A stretch of DNA of 61,634 nucleotides, the filler included, from Choristocarpus tenellus KU-1152 (Eukaryota; Protista; Phaeophyceae): assembly GCA_964200185.2 (NCBI GenBank). It is 9 parts of 9 records of this genome, joined end to end, with 100 filler letters (N's around TTAATTAATTAA, not from the genome) between each part and the next. Parts side by side here need not be neighbours in the genome. Positions count along the whole stretch, not along the records: positions 1 to 2,862 come from CAXNAD020024134.1; positions 2,963 to 11,109 come from CAXNAD020005080.1; positions 11,210 to 18,456 come from CAXNAD020006470.1; 6 more parts are not named here. One strand, given 5' to 3'. This document shows positions 1-13,230 of the stretch, piece by piece. Both the position numbers and the translations under genes were made by a program. The notes under the pieces are model-generated. The model was not told the origin of the DNA. It did no database searches and was given only the letters and a program-made list of their open reading frames with translations. Position 1 is the stretch's first letter. Every line of letters begins with the position of its first letter.

Positions 1-28
1 AAAACAGTGGTTTTAGAGGGTTGGGGAG

Positions 29-178
29 GGAGCTTTTCGTTGAGGATGAGCTTAACCCAAAATTGACTGGGATAAAGTGTCGATATGTTTTTTTTTGTTT
101 TGTAATTTAAGAATATATATATATCGACACTTTATCCCAGTCAATTTTGGGTCAAGCTCATCCTCAATGAAAAGCTCC
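29..178. repeat. Long inverted repeat (foldback), ~58-bp arms with AT-rich spacer
   Basis: 29-86 GGAGCTTTTCGTTGAGGATGAGCTTAACCCAAAATTGACTGGGATAAAGTGTCGATAT is the near-perfect reverse complement of 121-178, with 2 mismatches. Confidence 0.9.
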
Positions 179-2862
179 ATCCTCAATTTTTGAAATCTGC
201 TGTTATAAGCTGTTTTGCTTGGAGAATTCCAGGAAGTTTATTAATCCGGTAGCGCAGTTGAATCATAATGATTTTATGCCATTGTGTCTACCTCCAATTT
301 CTTTGTAGACTGAGGTATTATATTTCCTAGATTGTGCTGTCTGTGGCCTGCCCCTGCCCCCCGCCCCCCCCAAAAAAATGACTCTTATTTTATACCCTAC
401 TTAGTAGGGCCTGGAAAGAACTTTGAAATGCCAATAATCTTTCTGTCATTACTTGTAGGATTAGGAAGCATCGTTGCAAGAGTTACACACAACCAATGGA
501 AATAGGGCATAAGATGATAAAAAAAAACCCCTTGTATTTCATTAACCCTTTTCCCTCCGTTTTAGAACAGTTAATGACATTTTTAGAACAATAAAAACAG
601 ACCAATGTGTAAAAAAAGAAAATAAGAGCTCAGACTGTTCCCAGAGAACTATCTACCATTAAAGCTTTTCCTTCATTTCGACCAGATTGTGGATTCTCTT
701 GTTGGATAAGTGAGGAGTTCTCCTCTGGTGTATCAGTCAGTAAATGGAACCGTGTCAGAGGGGGGTCGATTTTGGTACTGTTGGGTTTCAAGGACATTTC
801 GAACCTTGGGCAGTATATTCCATACCCATCTGCTGGGAATGAAGTTTAACATCCCTTCGTAGGGTACAAAACTGTAGAAGAGAAAATTAGGAATGATCTG
901 TCCCGCATTCTTAGCCCATAGCGCCCTCCACAGTAGTGATCAAGAAACATGTACCACAAGAGAGTCGTATGCCCCTTTATTTACTCAGTAACCTCCCCCT
1001 CTTAGATGATATTACTCAGTGGGCGACCATGTTGTGGTTGGCGCAGTAGAATGAACAGCGCGCTTCTACTTTGACATAAGCACAATCCAATCTCTCCCCT
1101 CGATCGTACTCTCTGCTTATTCCCTCAACAGGGGAATGATATCAACGGCAAAGGGATACCAGTGGACTTTCCCAGTGACTGCCCCTATCCCGGGGATGTC
1201 CTTGCATGTCTACCTCCCCAGGCACTACGTTAGTACTGTAGCATTCAATGTGAAATCTGATGTCCCTTGAATGGCCTTGTCCTTGAAGCAAAGGATGTCC
1301 TGGTGCCGAGAGTCTTCAACGGGCTGTAATAATGATCCGTTTGGATGGACATCACAGAGCAGACCACAGAGCATTGACGTACATTGTGACAGTGTGTATC
1401 GCCTAAGTGAGAAACGGTTTTTTTAGCAGTTGCCAGTGCTATCTTCTTGGCTGCAAAGGCAGTCAGTATCTGTCTGTAGGTTTCTGCTACCCTCATCGTC
1501 TCAGATCTTGTGGTGATACATGTTGGTGCTCCCAAGGAATACAATTCTTTTTTGTTGTGACTGCTCTCCCATGAGTGGAAACGCCTTACCAAGATGAGGA
1601 TACAGGGATAGTTTTATGTGGTAGAGGAGGAATGGTAAAAGAAAGTCCCTCTTGACCACTGCTACCTTGTACCTAAGATAGTTGTTAGAACATACTAGAG
1701 GGATAGAACCTCAGTGGGTGGACCAACCCAAATGGGAGATTTTGGCATGGATAAACTGAGTTCTGTACTTGTCATCCCTCTCCAAGTAGTAGCTGCAATA
1801 GATATTTTTTCTTGCATTGGCAATGGGAGGCTGAATTCTTGCTCTTCTACTGAAATTTGAATGGGGGAGTTTCATGGAGGGCTATGTAGCCCTTGCTGGA
1901 GTATGCCTTTAACTGCGATAACCAACCTACTACTACCGTCCATCCCTTGCTGTTGGAGGAGAGTGGGTTGTGGAATTCTCGGTAATCTGATTAAATGTTA
2001 CCTGCAAATAGCACATTATGCAGCTGTTCGCTTGTGATTGTTGTTGCTCATTGCATTCAAAGTTAATGAATACACTTCAACCAGGGGTTACTGATAGCTT
2101 CTCCACTCACGATGGTGCGGGAAGAGCATGCGGCAAGGATGGTGGAGTCGACAATTAGGGATGATGTCATGTCCTTGCCAGTTAATTCCTCATTATGGTC
2201 TCCTTGGAATTAATGAGGGTCTTGTGAACTCCGTATTGTATTTAAGGACAGTTACATGCTCTGGAGTCCAGCTATCAAATCATGATATTTTCTTGAGTCC
2301 CTCAACCATGCTTACCATGCTATGTTGTATGCGAAAATTCAGTACCTGCTCTCCTTTGTGGCTTGAATACCATGTACCCAACTCATGGAACCACACACTC
2401 ACATACGCACCAGCATTTCTCTCCATCTACATATACCCCCGTTTTGTAAAGGACACCACAGAATTACCACGCTTCTTGCGAATTCAGTCAGTGATAACTC
2501 GCTTCTGCGAAGCTAATGCAAGCGCGCAACAGTCCAATCGACATTTCAAATGAGGTGACAAGATCGTTCGCAGGGTCTCGGCATTGGAGACCCAACTACA
2601 TGAATCAACTCCGAAACATACATACCCCCTCCAATCCTGACATCTCCTCTTCCCCTTCTCCCACCTTGTATCAACTGGTTCTCATTGATTATGATGATAA
2701 TGGGATAGAGATCACTAAACAAGAAAGAAAATATCGCAGTTATGACAATATTTGAGTTGAAGATGTCTCTCTATCAGGAATACAAACTGGCAGTCACATA
2801 TGAACCAACCCTACCCAAACCTTACCTAATCCCAGTAGCGGCTCAAAGTATCTGGGGGGGGG

Positions 2863-2962
2863 NNNNNNNNNNNNNNNNNNNNNNNNNNNNNNNNNNNNNN
2901 NNNNNNTTAATTAATTAANNNNNNNNNNNNNNNNNNNNNNNNNNNNNNNNNNNNNNNNNNNN
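2863..2962. other. Artificial contig-joining spacer (N44-TTAATTAATTAA-N44); also at 11110-11209, 18457-18556, 22972-23071, 28691-28790, 39563-39662, 44921-45020, 47681-47780
   Basis: Identical 100-nt N-padded linker with stop codons in all six frames, present 8 times. Confidence 0.98.
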
Positions 2963-4575
2963 CCTGTGAACACATCTGCCCCACCACCTCCGCCTAGATT
3001 TTCCTCTACTTTGTTTCCCTCTTCATTGTCTCATTTGGTGCCATTGCACCTCAGGGGAAAAAAAAAATGAGACTTCAAAAGTGCACTGGCGTGTTGACCC
3101 TCTGTTGGGTTCTATAATAAAAGCAAAAAAGACTAACCCAGCTGATGTGCTAAATAAGCTCACCGAAGGGTTCGTTCATTAGGACAAAATAAATAACCGT
3201 TCTATGCTTTCTGTGTATGTTCTTAATGGCATGTGAGCTTGTCCCAATCACTTGTGCTCGGGAGTAACCGTTGAACCAATAGTCTCAATGCACCATTTAG
3301 ATCAGAAGTGACAAGAAAGAACAATGTTGTCCTCGAGAATTCTTGTAGATGAAGGAGTTAGAGATGAGAGATTTGGTGAGTTTAGATTGTCTATCTCTGG
3401 ATGGGATGTCTTGAGAGCGCAGAAGGTGAGTTGTTAAGCGAAAGGTGTGATTTGACTTTTATCCTGTGTGAATTCTTTTTGACTCGTCTACTTTTTCCGT
3501 TATACCTTCTGGTGAGAACCGGGGCGTTTGCCCTGGCCCTGAGTGTGGTGATGTGTAAACTTTGTTACACGGTGTGTATTCGTCATGAATGCCACAATAT
3601 TTTTTGGTAGTTAATACTGGTGATGTTCTAAGGTGATTGAAATGTATATTGGTGCGAAGAGTTGATCAACTGGCTCTGATATCAAGTGGAGGTACATGGA
3701 AGGCTTTGTGTCAAACGGTTGCTTCACTAGCAGTTCGGTAGTTCAATAAGTTTAGTGGTTCATCCTCATCGACCTTTGAAGTGCATCAAGGTGCACAATA
3801 GTGTTGCAAAAACAGATACTAATAAGATTGAGTCGTAGTAACCTAGTGCATGAGGGGCCTCTGTATCTGCCTTTCGGCACATTCACTCCTAGCACTCTGG
3901 AGGGTGATTACATGCTTGTGTGGGTGCACCTTCATCTCATCTTCTGCAGCCACAACCTCCTGTTGGAAGTTAAGTTCATTTTCTGTATGGGAATGGACTT
4001 GTCTGGCAGAAGCTTTTGTAAACCCCTTGTACTGAGAAGGGCCTAAGTCAATCACCCTGCTTGATGCTATTGCTCATTAAGGGATTCGAGTATTCCGTGC
4101 TCGTGTACAAAGTGTGTTGCTTGTGCCAATGGGATGGGTTCTGTGTTACATTGAACAAAGAGGGCGTTGTTGTCATTGACAGCCCCTTGCACCGACTCAA
4201 AGTCTTGCCGCTCCTTCCCTTGAGTTGACCTACCGATGTAATAAGGTTTTCCGGCAGAGGGCGGTGTGAGCAATGCTCGAAACTGTTTTTTGTAAGAGGT
4301 TTGATTGACCATCTTTATACCTTTTGATTAATTACTTAAGTGAAATTGATTTTTTTACTGCAATATCGCACTGCCAGTCCACTCCTAGTAACTACCTCTT
4401 TTTTTTCCTCAAAAAGTCATAACCCCGGTTTCCTATCCCACGCATCCTGCAAAACCCTACATCCTTTATATATATATATATATATATTTTAATACTTCCT
4501 CCTCTGCATTACTGCACTGCTGCATTACTGTTCTCAATTTTTTGTCTCCTCCAATCTTATCTCTGGTTGTTGCAG

Positions 4576-6068
4576 GAGTTACGAAAGGCCATGTGTTCTG
4601 AGTGGAGCGATCGCTGTAGCACCAGTGGGAAGGGGGTGCCACTTCGGGCAGGGCGTACGGACTATCCTTTTGAGGAAAAGAGTGAGGAGGAGATTAAGAT
4701 GGAGACTCTCATGGCGTCTATGGAAGGTGCAGGGCTGGGGGGTCCAGGTGAGATACTTGAATCTCTTTTTTTTTCTTGCTCCACTCGGAATAGTTTCGTT
4801 TCTATTGTGAACTGTACTTTTTAGTGGAGGGTAGATTGGGCTTGCAGTTTCAGCTTGGGGGGGGGGCTGTACTGTTTTTTACTGTAGGGACCCTTTTGTT
4901 TTGGAACACTGGGGTCAATAGGTCTTCTGGTTAAGACAGTTGGAGGTGGGACATGAAGAGTCTGGACCTCCACGTGGGTAGCAGCTATACTTCCTGTCAG
5001 AGTTGTGCTTTCACTTAAAATCACTGAAAGACTGGCGCTGTAGTGGTGGTGCCCTACCCCCCCCCCAAACCCCAACCCTGTTGGCCCAATCTGCTCCAGC
5101 TGTAACATGGCTTACCCTTCTTGTTCAAGTTAAGCTCCTCGATGACAAGAAAATATAAATTGAGTATGGTGAGGTCAAACCCATGAAACCGCAAGCCTGA
5201 AGTCTGGCAGGTTAACACTAATTGAATTGTGGCGATAGTTTCCTACAAACAAAAAAAAAAGTATAATGTTTCATTGATTCGTGTAGTTGCCTCATTCTCC
5301 TTAGCGCTCTACTGCATATGATTGTTGACTTCAGTACAAGGCAAAGTGAGATTACAACAGATTGAAATTGCCATAGCCAACAGTTGCTGCTCCAGAGATA
5401 TCCTAGAAGAGGTAGTTATTTTTTGTAGAGCAATAGACCACGCAAAAAACTGTTATATGGAGTGATGTTCGTTACTAATCATCGGAAGGGCAGAATACTA
5501 CTTCCATGTACTCTATATAGTCACTGCACTCTTTACGTCCATCACTCCCCACTCCCCCCCCCTCTACCTGAATAGTCTTTGCAGTTCCCCTTCTCCTGTG
5601 GTACTACAGTGTAATATCTGAATCGTTTTCTTCCTCGTACTCTCTGTCATATATTGTACATAACCCTCTCAAGTATTTATATATAGTGTAGGGGGGGGGG
5701 GTTCTGTCTCATACCCTAACCCTAAGCAATGTTGCCCTTCTCATTATTACTAGAAGTTCTATTATAGTCACCTACATATTGAAGGCTAGGGTTAGAGCTG
5801 TCTTCATCAGCAAGGAGAATGTTGCTTTTCATGCCATGACCGCTTCTGATAAGGAATAGTAGGACACATTGATATTACCCTCACTCCATCTCTTTGAATC
5901 CTCCTCCTGGAAGGTGGTGGGATGAGCGCATACTCCCGAGATGACATGATGAACATGCAGAACTTGATGGGTGGCATGGGCATGGATGACATGGATATGG
6001 GGGGCATGGGGATGGGGATGGGAGATGACTTCGGTGGCTTTGATGGGTTTGGGGATGATGAGTTCTAA
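4576..6068 (+). CDS. 3' part (last two exons 4576-4747, 5914-6068) of a saposin-like ER protein resembling plant SES1 / canopy-like proteins
   Basis: Splice sites ttgcAG|, |GTgaga and aAG| give a matching phase-1 junction. Spliced peptide is ELRKAMCSEWSDRC...RTDYPFEEKSEEEIKMETLMASMEGAGLGGPGGGMSAYSRDDMM...GDDEF*. From memory this parallels the SES1-family C-terminus (LC..LS..C....P...R...PF..K...E.EMEK...SM.G.PG..GM..YSRED). It ends in a KDEL-like DDEF. Upstream exons were not identified. Confidence 0.75.
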
Positions 6069-9000
6069 ATTGGTGATGGTGATGATCCCTTTCTTTTCTC
6101 CACACCACATGGAGGATTTTGATGGATGCCAACAACGAGTGTAAGAGCTTGATTTTTGTGTTTGGGTATGAGAAGTGAGAGATCGTTTGTCTTGTGTCGG
6201 TTTGAGTAATTGACCATCGAGTGGTGATTGCTCAGACGCTCAGTGTTGTCTTTGAGATCTGAGTGCAGTGCAAGTATTGTATGTTACATGCATGTGTCTT
6301 TTCTTAGTTGTGTCCTTGTTTTCGTTCAGTGGTGATTCTCCAGGGCTAAGCATGATGATCTACTGTTGTTTCCCATGTTTCTTGGAACTTGTCATCTGGG
6401 TCATATTGTAGGTAGTAGATACAATGACAATGTCATCATTTAGGAGAAATGCTTACTGCTATTTCTATTTTTGCACATTTTTACTGGAGCACCTAATCAC
6501 ACTTGGCCTTGATGTGGACTCTGCTGTGGTATAATAGCTGGGAAATTTTGTGCAATTATGTTACCTTAAACTAAACTCGTGCACCTCATGTAGAGCTGTT
6601 TATGTCTATTTGAAACACAGTTAGTTGCACGGCTTTTGTTGATCAGGTAGCTGAATCCACTCACAGTGATCATTTTAAAAGTTGCTGTGTGCATGCACTG
6701 GGTGAACAGACATTGAAGTGGATGGTCAGCACAACAAGGTTCAAACCTTGAGGAGGGTGGATGTATGCCCACGCTGGTGAAAGAAGAAAACAATTTGCAT
6801 CCAGTCCATTAGGGCGTTGCATATCACAGTGCTGTCGAAGCACAGGCCTTGGGGCCGCAAAATGTAAGTATGATCCTTCGCTACCTTGTCTACGAGCAAC
6901 ACTTGATCCCAAAGTAATCCGTGCTTGGTTTAACCATGCTTCAATGGATTAGGCACGCCATATCGAAATGATGTGTAGTCAGTCATGTTTTGGCTGCTCT
7001 AGGGTAGGCGTGTTGAGTATCATGTACATCCCAAGTCTGTTTATTGGGGAGTTCAATCAATGCAAACATTGTTGGGAGGTTGGTGTTGAATGCATGTGTA
7101 GCTTTGAGTCGTTCATGACCTGTTAGATACAAGCTTTGAAATCTGCAAGAAAGACAATTAAAACAGAACACCTACTTGTGGTGCGGCTCAAGCACAATGT
7201 GATGCACAGGGGAACCACCACTGCAATATTTTTTTGTCAATTTTCGGATGCCTTTTCGAAAACCTAATCCTATGTTGTGTGTGAAGAACATCTCCAACCA
7301 GCCTGGAAAATATTCTAGAAATGGTACAGTGTGCACTGGGGAACCACCACCTCTCCTTCTGCAGCTCATGTAGTACTCAGCGATGAGTGCACGACTCACC
7401 GTATTGTCAGAGCTGTGCGTGCTGATTACAAAGATGATTTGCGTGATATCATAATATGTGGACGGGGTTAATGTCCAAAGAAGCAAGGGGGGAACTATGT
7501 TTCTGGGCAAGAATTGAGCGAACACATTAATGCACCAGGCGAGAACGCATTGGTGGAGTGGTCGGAATGACCAATGTAGGAGGGGAGGATGAGTTTGATT
7601 CGAAATGGGCAGTGTGATCGACCAAAGGCAGAGGTTGAGGGAAGGGAGTGGGTGTACAATATGTCCTACACATACTACTGTGTCCTATGAGTACTTTGAC
7701 TTGTTAGCTGTCGTAGGCAAGAGGGTCTGGTGGATGTGTAGGCCTCACATTGTCACAAGAGGTGAGCAAGTGTCCCAGGGTGGAGTGAAGGAAAGTGAAA
7801 CAAACATCCTGGGCGCGTCTTAAATCAGGTGTCAGTTTAGCTGGGCCATACGGTAAGACTAAGAGGAAAAATATCAACGATGTATGTGGAAATGATTATG
7901 CTGCTTGAGATAAATGCGTAGCATTCTACCACTCTGCCCACCTTTGATCTTTTATTCCTGGCGAATTTCATATTGTTCTGGCGTAGTTGGTGTTACAGTT
8001 TTGTGTTGAATGTTGATCCTGGGCATGACCAACAATTCTATATCGTGTTGAGGACAGAGGAAGGCTTTCACCGTTAAAAATTCATTCCTTAATGATTCTG
8101 AAATGAGGTCAATGATCATTCCCGATCAAATTCAAAATGTGGACCTATCTGGAATGGTAAGTGTTATGATGTTTTTAGGATGAAAGAACCCCTGGATCAT
8201 ATTCGACATGCTTACCCAATTGGAAACAATTGACACATCTCAAATTCATCCCTAGAGTATCATGTGGATGTTCTGAAAGTCTTTGGGGGATGTTGGACTT
8301 AACTATGTCAGAGGTCAAAATCTTAATATTGGTATGTGCACATATTGTAGATTATATAATACACATTTAGAGGATCATTCCCTCACCCTACAATGCCCAT
8401 TCACAACTTTTGTGTAATGACCTAATCCAGTACAGATATACTTTCCAAAGAGTCCCAAGGGATGACTGTTCAAGCAGTCTGCTACAACTTCCTTGTCAAG
8501 AGCAGAGTCAGCATCAGTTGTGTCATTCTCCCTCCCCAAGACAGCGTCTCTGAGAAATTGTGGACGGGCATGGGGATTCTGAGGCCCGATCTTAGCCAAG
8601 CTGACAGAAGATGTCGTAACTCCAGGTGCTTTGATAAGTTCGTTGTTCCTGATGGTAGGTTGGTCATGAAGCTTGGCGGCGACTAGGCTATGTTCTGGAT
8701 GCTAGGTGATCCTAAGATCGCAAGCACTTCAGGTTCGACAGGGTACCTTAACTTGATTCCAAGTATGAAGTACATAGTTTAAATTTTTGTTTTCCTACCA
8801 GGTAGAAACATGATACTTGCGCCACAACTCATGATGCATGCGAATGAGCATTTTTTAGTTTTTAATGTCTTTTTTTGGACAATTTTGCTCAAATATAGGA
8901 CAGCCTTCGTGTTCCTTTGAGCCGACGTGATGTATCCACTCTGCACCCTCCCCTACCTCATCTATGTTATCATTTATTACTACTGTTTTTTAGGTCTTGC

Positions 9001-9150
9001 CTTAACAGGGTTTTGTTTTCATCAGTTGTGGATGTAAGGAGTGATCTATGAGAAATGGGAAGGGAAAATATAGAATGACTTCATGAAGCTGATATCCACG
9101 ATTTACTTGTACTTCTACACTAATGGCAGACACCCATTCCAATAAAAATA

Positions 9151-10725
9151 CTCCCTCTGTCCTATAAGTCTGCGACGTTAAGGGTGTAACTTCTCGAGAT
9201 GACCTCCAATGAGAAAACGTTTTTTTACCTTGGATTCCTTGATGTATTTTACGTGAAATTAATTCTTCCTCACTTTCATAGTGTCCATCAGTCCACCAAT
9301 CCATCCCCACATCAAAAGCCCCCCTGTCAAATCCGACCTATTTTGGCAGACTCCATCGCGCTGTCTTTTCTTAGTTCCAGTGTCCTGTATCTCGAAATTA
9401 TTACCGCCTAGTCCCTTCAAAACTTGATTGTGCTGCTTGAAGAGGCTCTGCCACACCCTCTCTAAAGTAGCTGCGTTGTACGTGCCGTGCATGCAATTTA
9501 CTCCCTTCACAAGGTTGTCTATCATATCATCCTGTAACCCTCACTCCAAACTCTACTTTTTAGGGATGCAAAGATGACTGCGCAGGCTGCATTACAGGCT
9601 TGATGTTCCACACACCCTCCCTCCTGACACCGTTGAGCTTCCGTGGCATGTCTTTTCCCATACGGGGGGTCACTCCATCCTACTACGTGACCACCTCCTC
9701 GCCCTCCAACAAGCATTTTTCCTTCAATGCAAGGAGAAAAGTCTCCACTAGTATCACTCAGCATCAATGGTCACACTGAAATCGTACTGCTACCTCCTCT
9801 CCCGGCAGGCCAAATTTCTCTGCGCCTGCGTGATGACACAAACACGCCAAATTCCGATCTTGCTGTCGAAATTGCGTGAAGGATCTGGGCACGAAATGGC
9901 GTAGATTAACATCGCCTTAGTAGGAGTGTAACTCTTGTGCTATACCTTGGTGGAGTCCACCCTTTCCTCCCCAGGAAACATGCAGACCCGCTCCACGTTG
10001 CGGAGGAGGTAGAACCATGCTTTGTCGATATGATTCGTGTTGAGACAGCTGATCGAGGGTCAGGGTTCCATTCCCAGCGTACTTTCGCATGCTTTGTCAG
10101 TGTGAAGTCCGATGGCTACCCACTTTGTGATATTTATTTCAGCGAAAGCTTGTCCAATTGCTCTCGTACACTCGCCCACAGTTGTCTCAGATATTGTTCG
10201 CCAACTCTCTGCTCTGCCAACTCCGGTCCAACGCCTTTCGGAAGCCATTTCTTACCAGACAGTAGTGCTAAGGCGTAGCGTACGACCAGCGCGTTTCTAC
10301 CTTCCTCGCTCAGCTAGCAATTTTAACCCCGATCCGATGGGCCCCGGCGAAAGACTTGCTGGAGTGGTCATATTGGCTACACGACTCACCTTGCAGCTGA
10401 TCTGGAGGCTAAGCGAGAGTCGCACAGCTCTTGGCAAGGTGCTGAGATGTTGTGTGACGATGGAGGGCATTGTACTCTCCGCCAGGCACAGCGAGGTCAC
10501 TCACTGAAAATGAGGTCGAAAACGACCGTTTTTTCGGTTCCACTTATCAGAACAGATTCAGAACTACTTCGGGACAAAATGTGAAAATCAAAATCTTTCC
10601 CCAATAATTATATCCACAGATTCAATTTCACTCATACACCACAACGAAAGCTTTCTGATTCGTGAAGAAAAGTCAAAACAAAAAGTGGAAATTCACAACA
10701 TGGTAGAGTTATGGGACAGAGGCAG
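9151..10725 (-). mobile_element. Degenerate full-length Tc1/mariner element of the plant-mariner (DD39D/Stowaway-type) group
   Basis: TIRs TA|CTCCCTCTGTCCTATAA (9151) and TTATGGGACAGAGGCAG|TA (to 10725) with TA TSD. Minus-strand motifs HIDKAWFYL, FDSKIGIWR, QPAQS and TLERVWQSLFKQHNQVLKGLGGNNF. Multiple stops and frameshifts, and the third catalytic Asp region is deleted. Confidence 0.9.
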
Positions 10726-11768
10726 TACATCAATAATTTTTAAATCTGCTTTCTCGCAAGTCCTCCCTCATATCCACAACTCATAAAAACAAAGGGAAAG
10801 TTTATGAAGTAGTCTGAGTTTTGTTGGTGGAAGAATTCTGGTTGGTTGGGGGCAGAGGGGAAGGGAGAGGACAGGAAAGAAATAAAAATTAGCAAGAAGG
10901 GAATGAAGAGTTAAATACTGAGTGGTTGAGAAAGAGGGAGGAGAGAAGTTAAAAAAGTGGTTGGCAGGCCGAGGCAGGAGTGGAGAAGGAATGGACAGTA
11001 TTGAATCGAAAAGGAAACCTGAGGCTGGGGTGGCAGGACGAGGAGGGCTAAATCAAGACGACGCCCAAGCAAGCTTTTCCACCCACCCATCCTGTCGCTT
11101 GCTCACGACNNNNNNNNNNNNNNNNNNNNNNNNNNNNNNNNNNNNNNNNNNNNTTAATTAATTAANNNNNNNNNNNNNNNNNNNNNNNNNNNNNNNNNNN
11201 NNNNNNNNNGAGGTGAAGGAGTTTCAGTCCGGTGATTGTCATTGCCCCCTTGAGCAGAGAACTTGGCACCTTTGACACTTCCACAACTACTACTGTAAAT
11301 AATGCTAAATATATTATATTGTGTTAGTCCCATATTATTTTGTTATATTTAGAATATTTAAATTGTACGTTAAACACAAATACGTTGGTGTCTGAGGTGA
11401 ATGCCTCGCATTCATACTTGTATAGCATGTCGTGGATATGGTCCAGACATGCAAGGAAAAAAGCTAGACTGCCCAGTCAGTCAACATGGACCAGGAGGAG
11501 ACGTTAATAGCCGTGGGACCGGTCCGGACATGGACATGGACCGGTTCAATACCTAGTGAACATGGACTGGGACATATTAATTGCTTGTAGAACCGACCTG
11601 GCTGGTGGATGGAACCTTTTCATTTCCTGTCCCAGGGAAAATCCCTCGAATCTCTTTAATCTCTCAAAATGTGAAGTAAGAGGTAATATAGAAATATCCA
11701 TATATATATTTTTGGTGTTATTTTTTTGTAGATACAGTAGTAGCATAGAGTGCAGGCTACACGTAGAA

Positions 11769-12310
11769 GAGTGAGTGGTAAATAGGGGGGCATGGTTATG
11801 ACGTGGTCAGCCGGAGTGTCAAAACAATATTACCTGACCGACCATAGATAAAATGTTCTAACATGGTCGCGTGCATGACCGTTGAGTGAAAGTATCTTAG
11901 AGGGTACGAGTTTTACCCTGTTTGTCCATTTGGGACTTGGCTTCCCACAGGTGTTACATGACATTTTCCTACTCCGATATGTTTCGGAGTAGGTAAAATT
12001 TGCACGTTATGAAAAGGTGTGTCCGGAACAAGGATATTGACACTTGCCCAAAAACTCGATAGTCAAAATTATATCAAATCGGAACATTGGAATTTGACCT
12101 CCAAATGGACGCGGCTCTACCTTCTAAGATACTTTGGCTCAGTTACTACTCAACATGACTAGGACGGCCAGCCAACCATGTACAACCAAGCTCGGACATG
12201 ATGAAGTCTATGGTCACCAACCGTTTCAACATGGCTGGGTCATAGGCCAGCATGGGACCACATGACCAACAGTGGACATGCTAACTGCTTGGCCTTGTGA
12301 AAAGTCCTGA
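11769..12310 (+). repeat. Dispersed repeat family E (CATGG/ACATG-rich), copy interrupted by MITE-A
   Basis: Colinear similarity to 19911-20190 (AGAGTGARTGGTAAATAGGG ... ATAGATAAAATGTTCYAACATGG ... CAGTGGACATGC). Confidence 0.7.
11884..12140 (+). mobile_element. MITE family A (~255 bp, Sola-like GAG...CTC termini)
   Basis: TIRs GAGTGAAAGTATCTTAGAG / TTCTAAGATACTTTGGCTC. Flanks cgtt/agtt. The empty site in the paralogous repeat at ~20017 shows a 4-bp duplication. Confidence 0.9.
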
Positions 12311-12323
12311 TAACGGGGCAAAT

Positions 12324-13230
12324 TAAGGTGGTGAGGTGTAGGTTGTACAGATGAACAATAAATGATATATAATAATAGGACTCAAACTTTTAAAAAAACG
12401 CAGAAAGAGGAAAAACAGTTCTAGCTCAATAAGCAGACGTAGTAGGTTTGTAAGGGCATGCGCAAGCAGCATGTGAGTGAGCCTATACATGAGGACAAGA
12501 GCTGGTACTGGCAACGAGGTGAATTAGGGCGGTAAGGTGTAGATTGTGTAAAGATAGATGCTCATGATGTATAATAGTAGGACTCAAACTTCAAAAAAGT
12601 GGGAATGAAGAAAAACAGTCCTACAGAGCCCACAGGTTTGAAAGGACAGGAATCACTAGTTTTTATACGATGCATTCATGAGGTGGAACTCAGAACTGGT
12701 GCTGGTGAGTTTTCTATTTCTCAGGAATTTTTTATAGTACACGTGAGCGCGTGAGCGAGCCTATCCGTGAGGAGAAGAGCCGGTACTAATAACGTAAGGC
12801 ACAGAATATGGATGGACAGAAGACGGACATGATTTTCTTGGTTCATGTGTGTATACTTATGTACGTGAGAGAGTCGGTACTGGTGTCGATGAGCTGGTTT
12901 ATATGCGCTTACGCACGAGGATAAGAGTCGATACTGGTGACGAGGTGAAGTGGGATGATAAGGTGTAGCATGGTGGATTGTGTAGAGATGTGTCTATCAT
13001 GTATAGCAATAGGGCTCGCGCTTCAGACAAGCCTGAAAGAGAAATAATACTCTAGAGAGTCCAAAGGTTTGTATGGACAGGAAACGCTTGGATTATACGG
13101 TACAGGTATGAGAGAGACCCAAACACCGGATGCTGGTGAGTTTTCTATTTCTCAGGATTTTGGGAGGGAGTACGCCCAAGTGTGGGGTCGAATTTATTTG
13201 AAAGGGTGAGAGCGGGAACTGGTAACGTAA
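12324..13230 (+). repeat. Degenerate internally repeated element (three related units; related sequence at ~38940-39500)
   Basis: Recurrent blocks AAGGTG..TAG.TTGTGTA, AATAGGACTCAAACTT, GAAAAACAG and GAGGAYAAGAGYYGGTACTGG. Confidence 0.55.
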
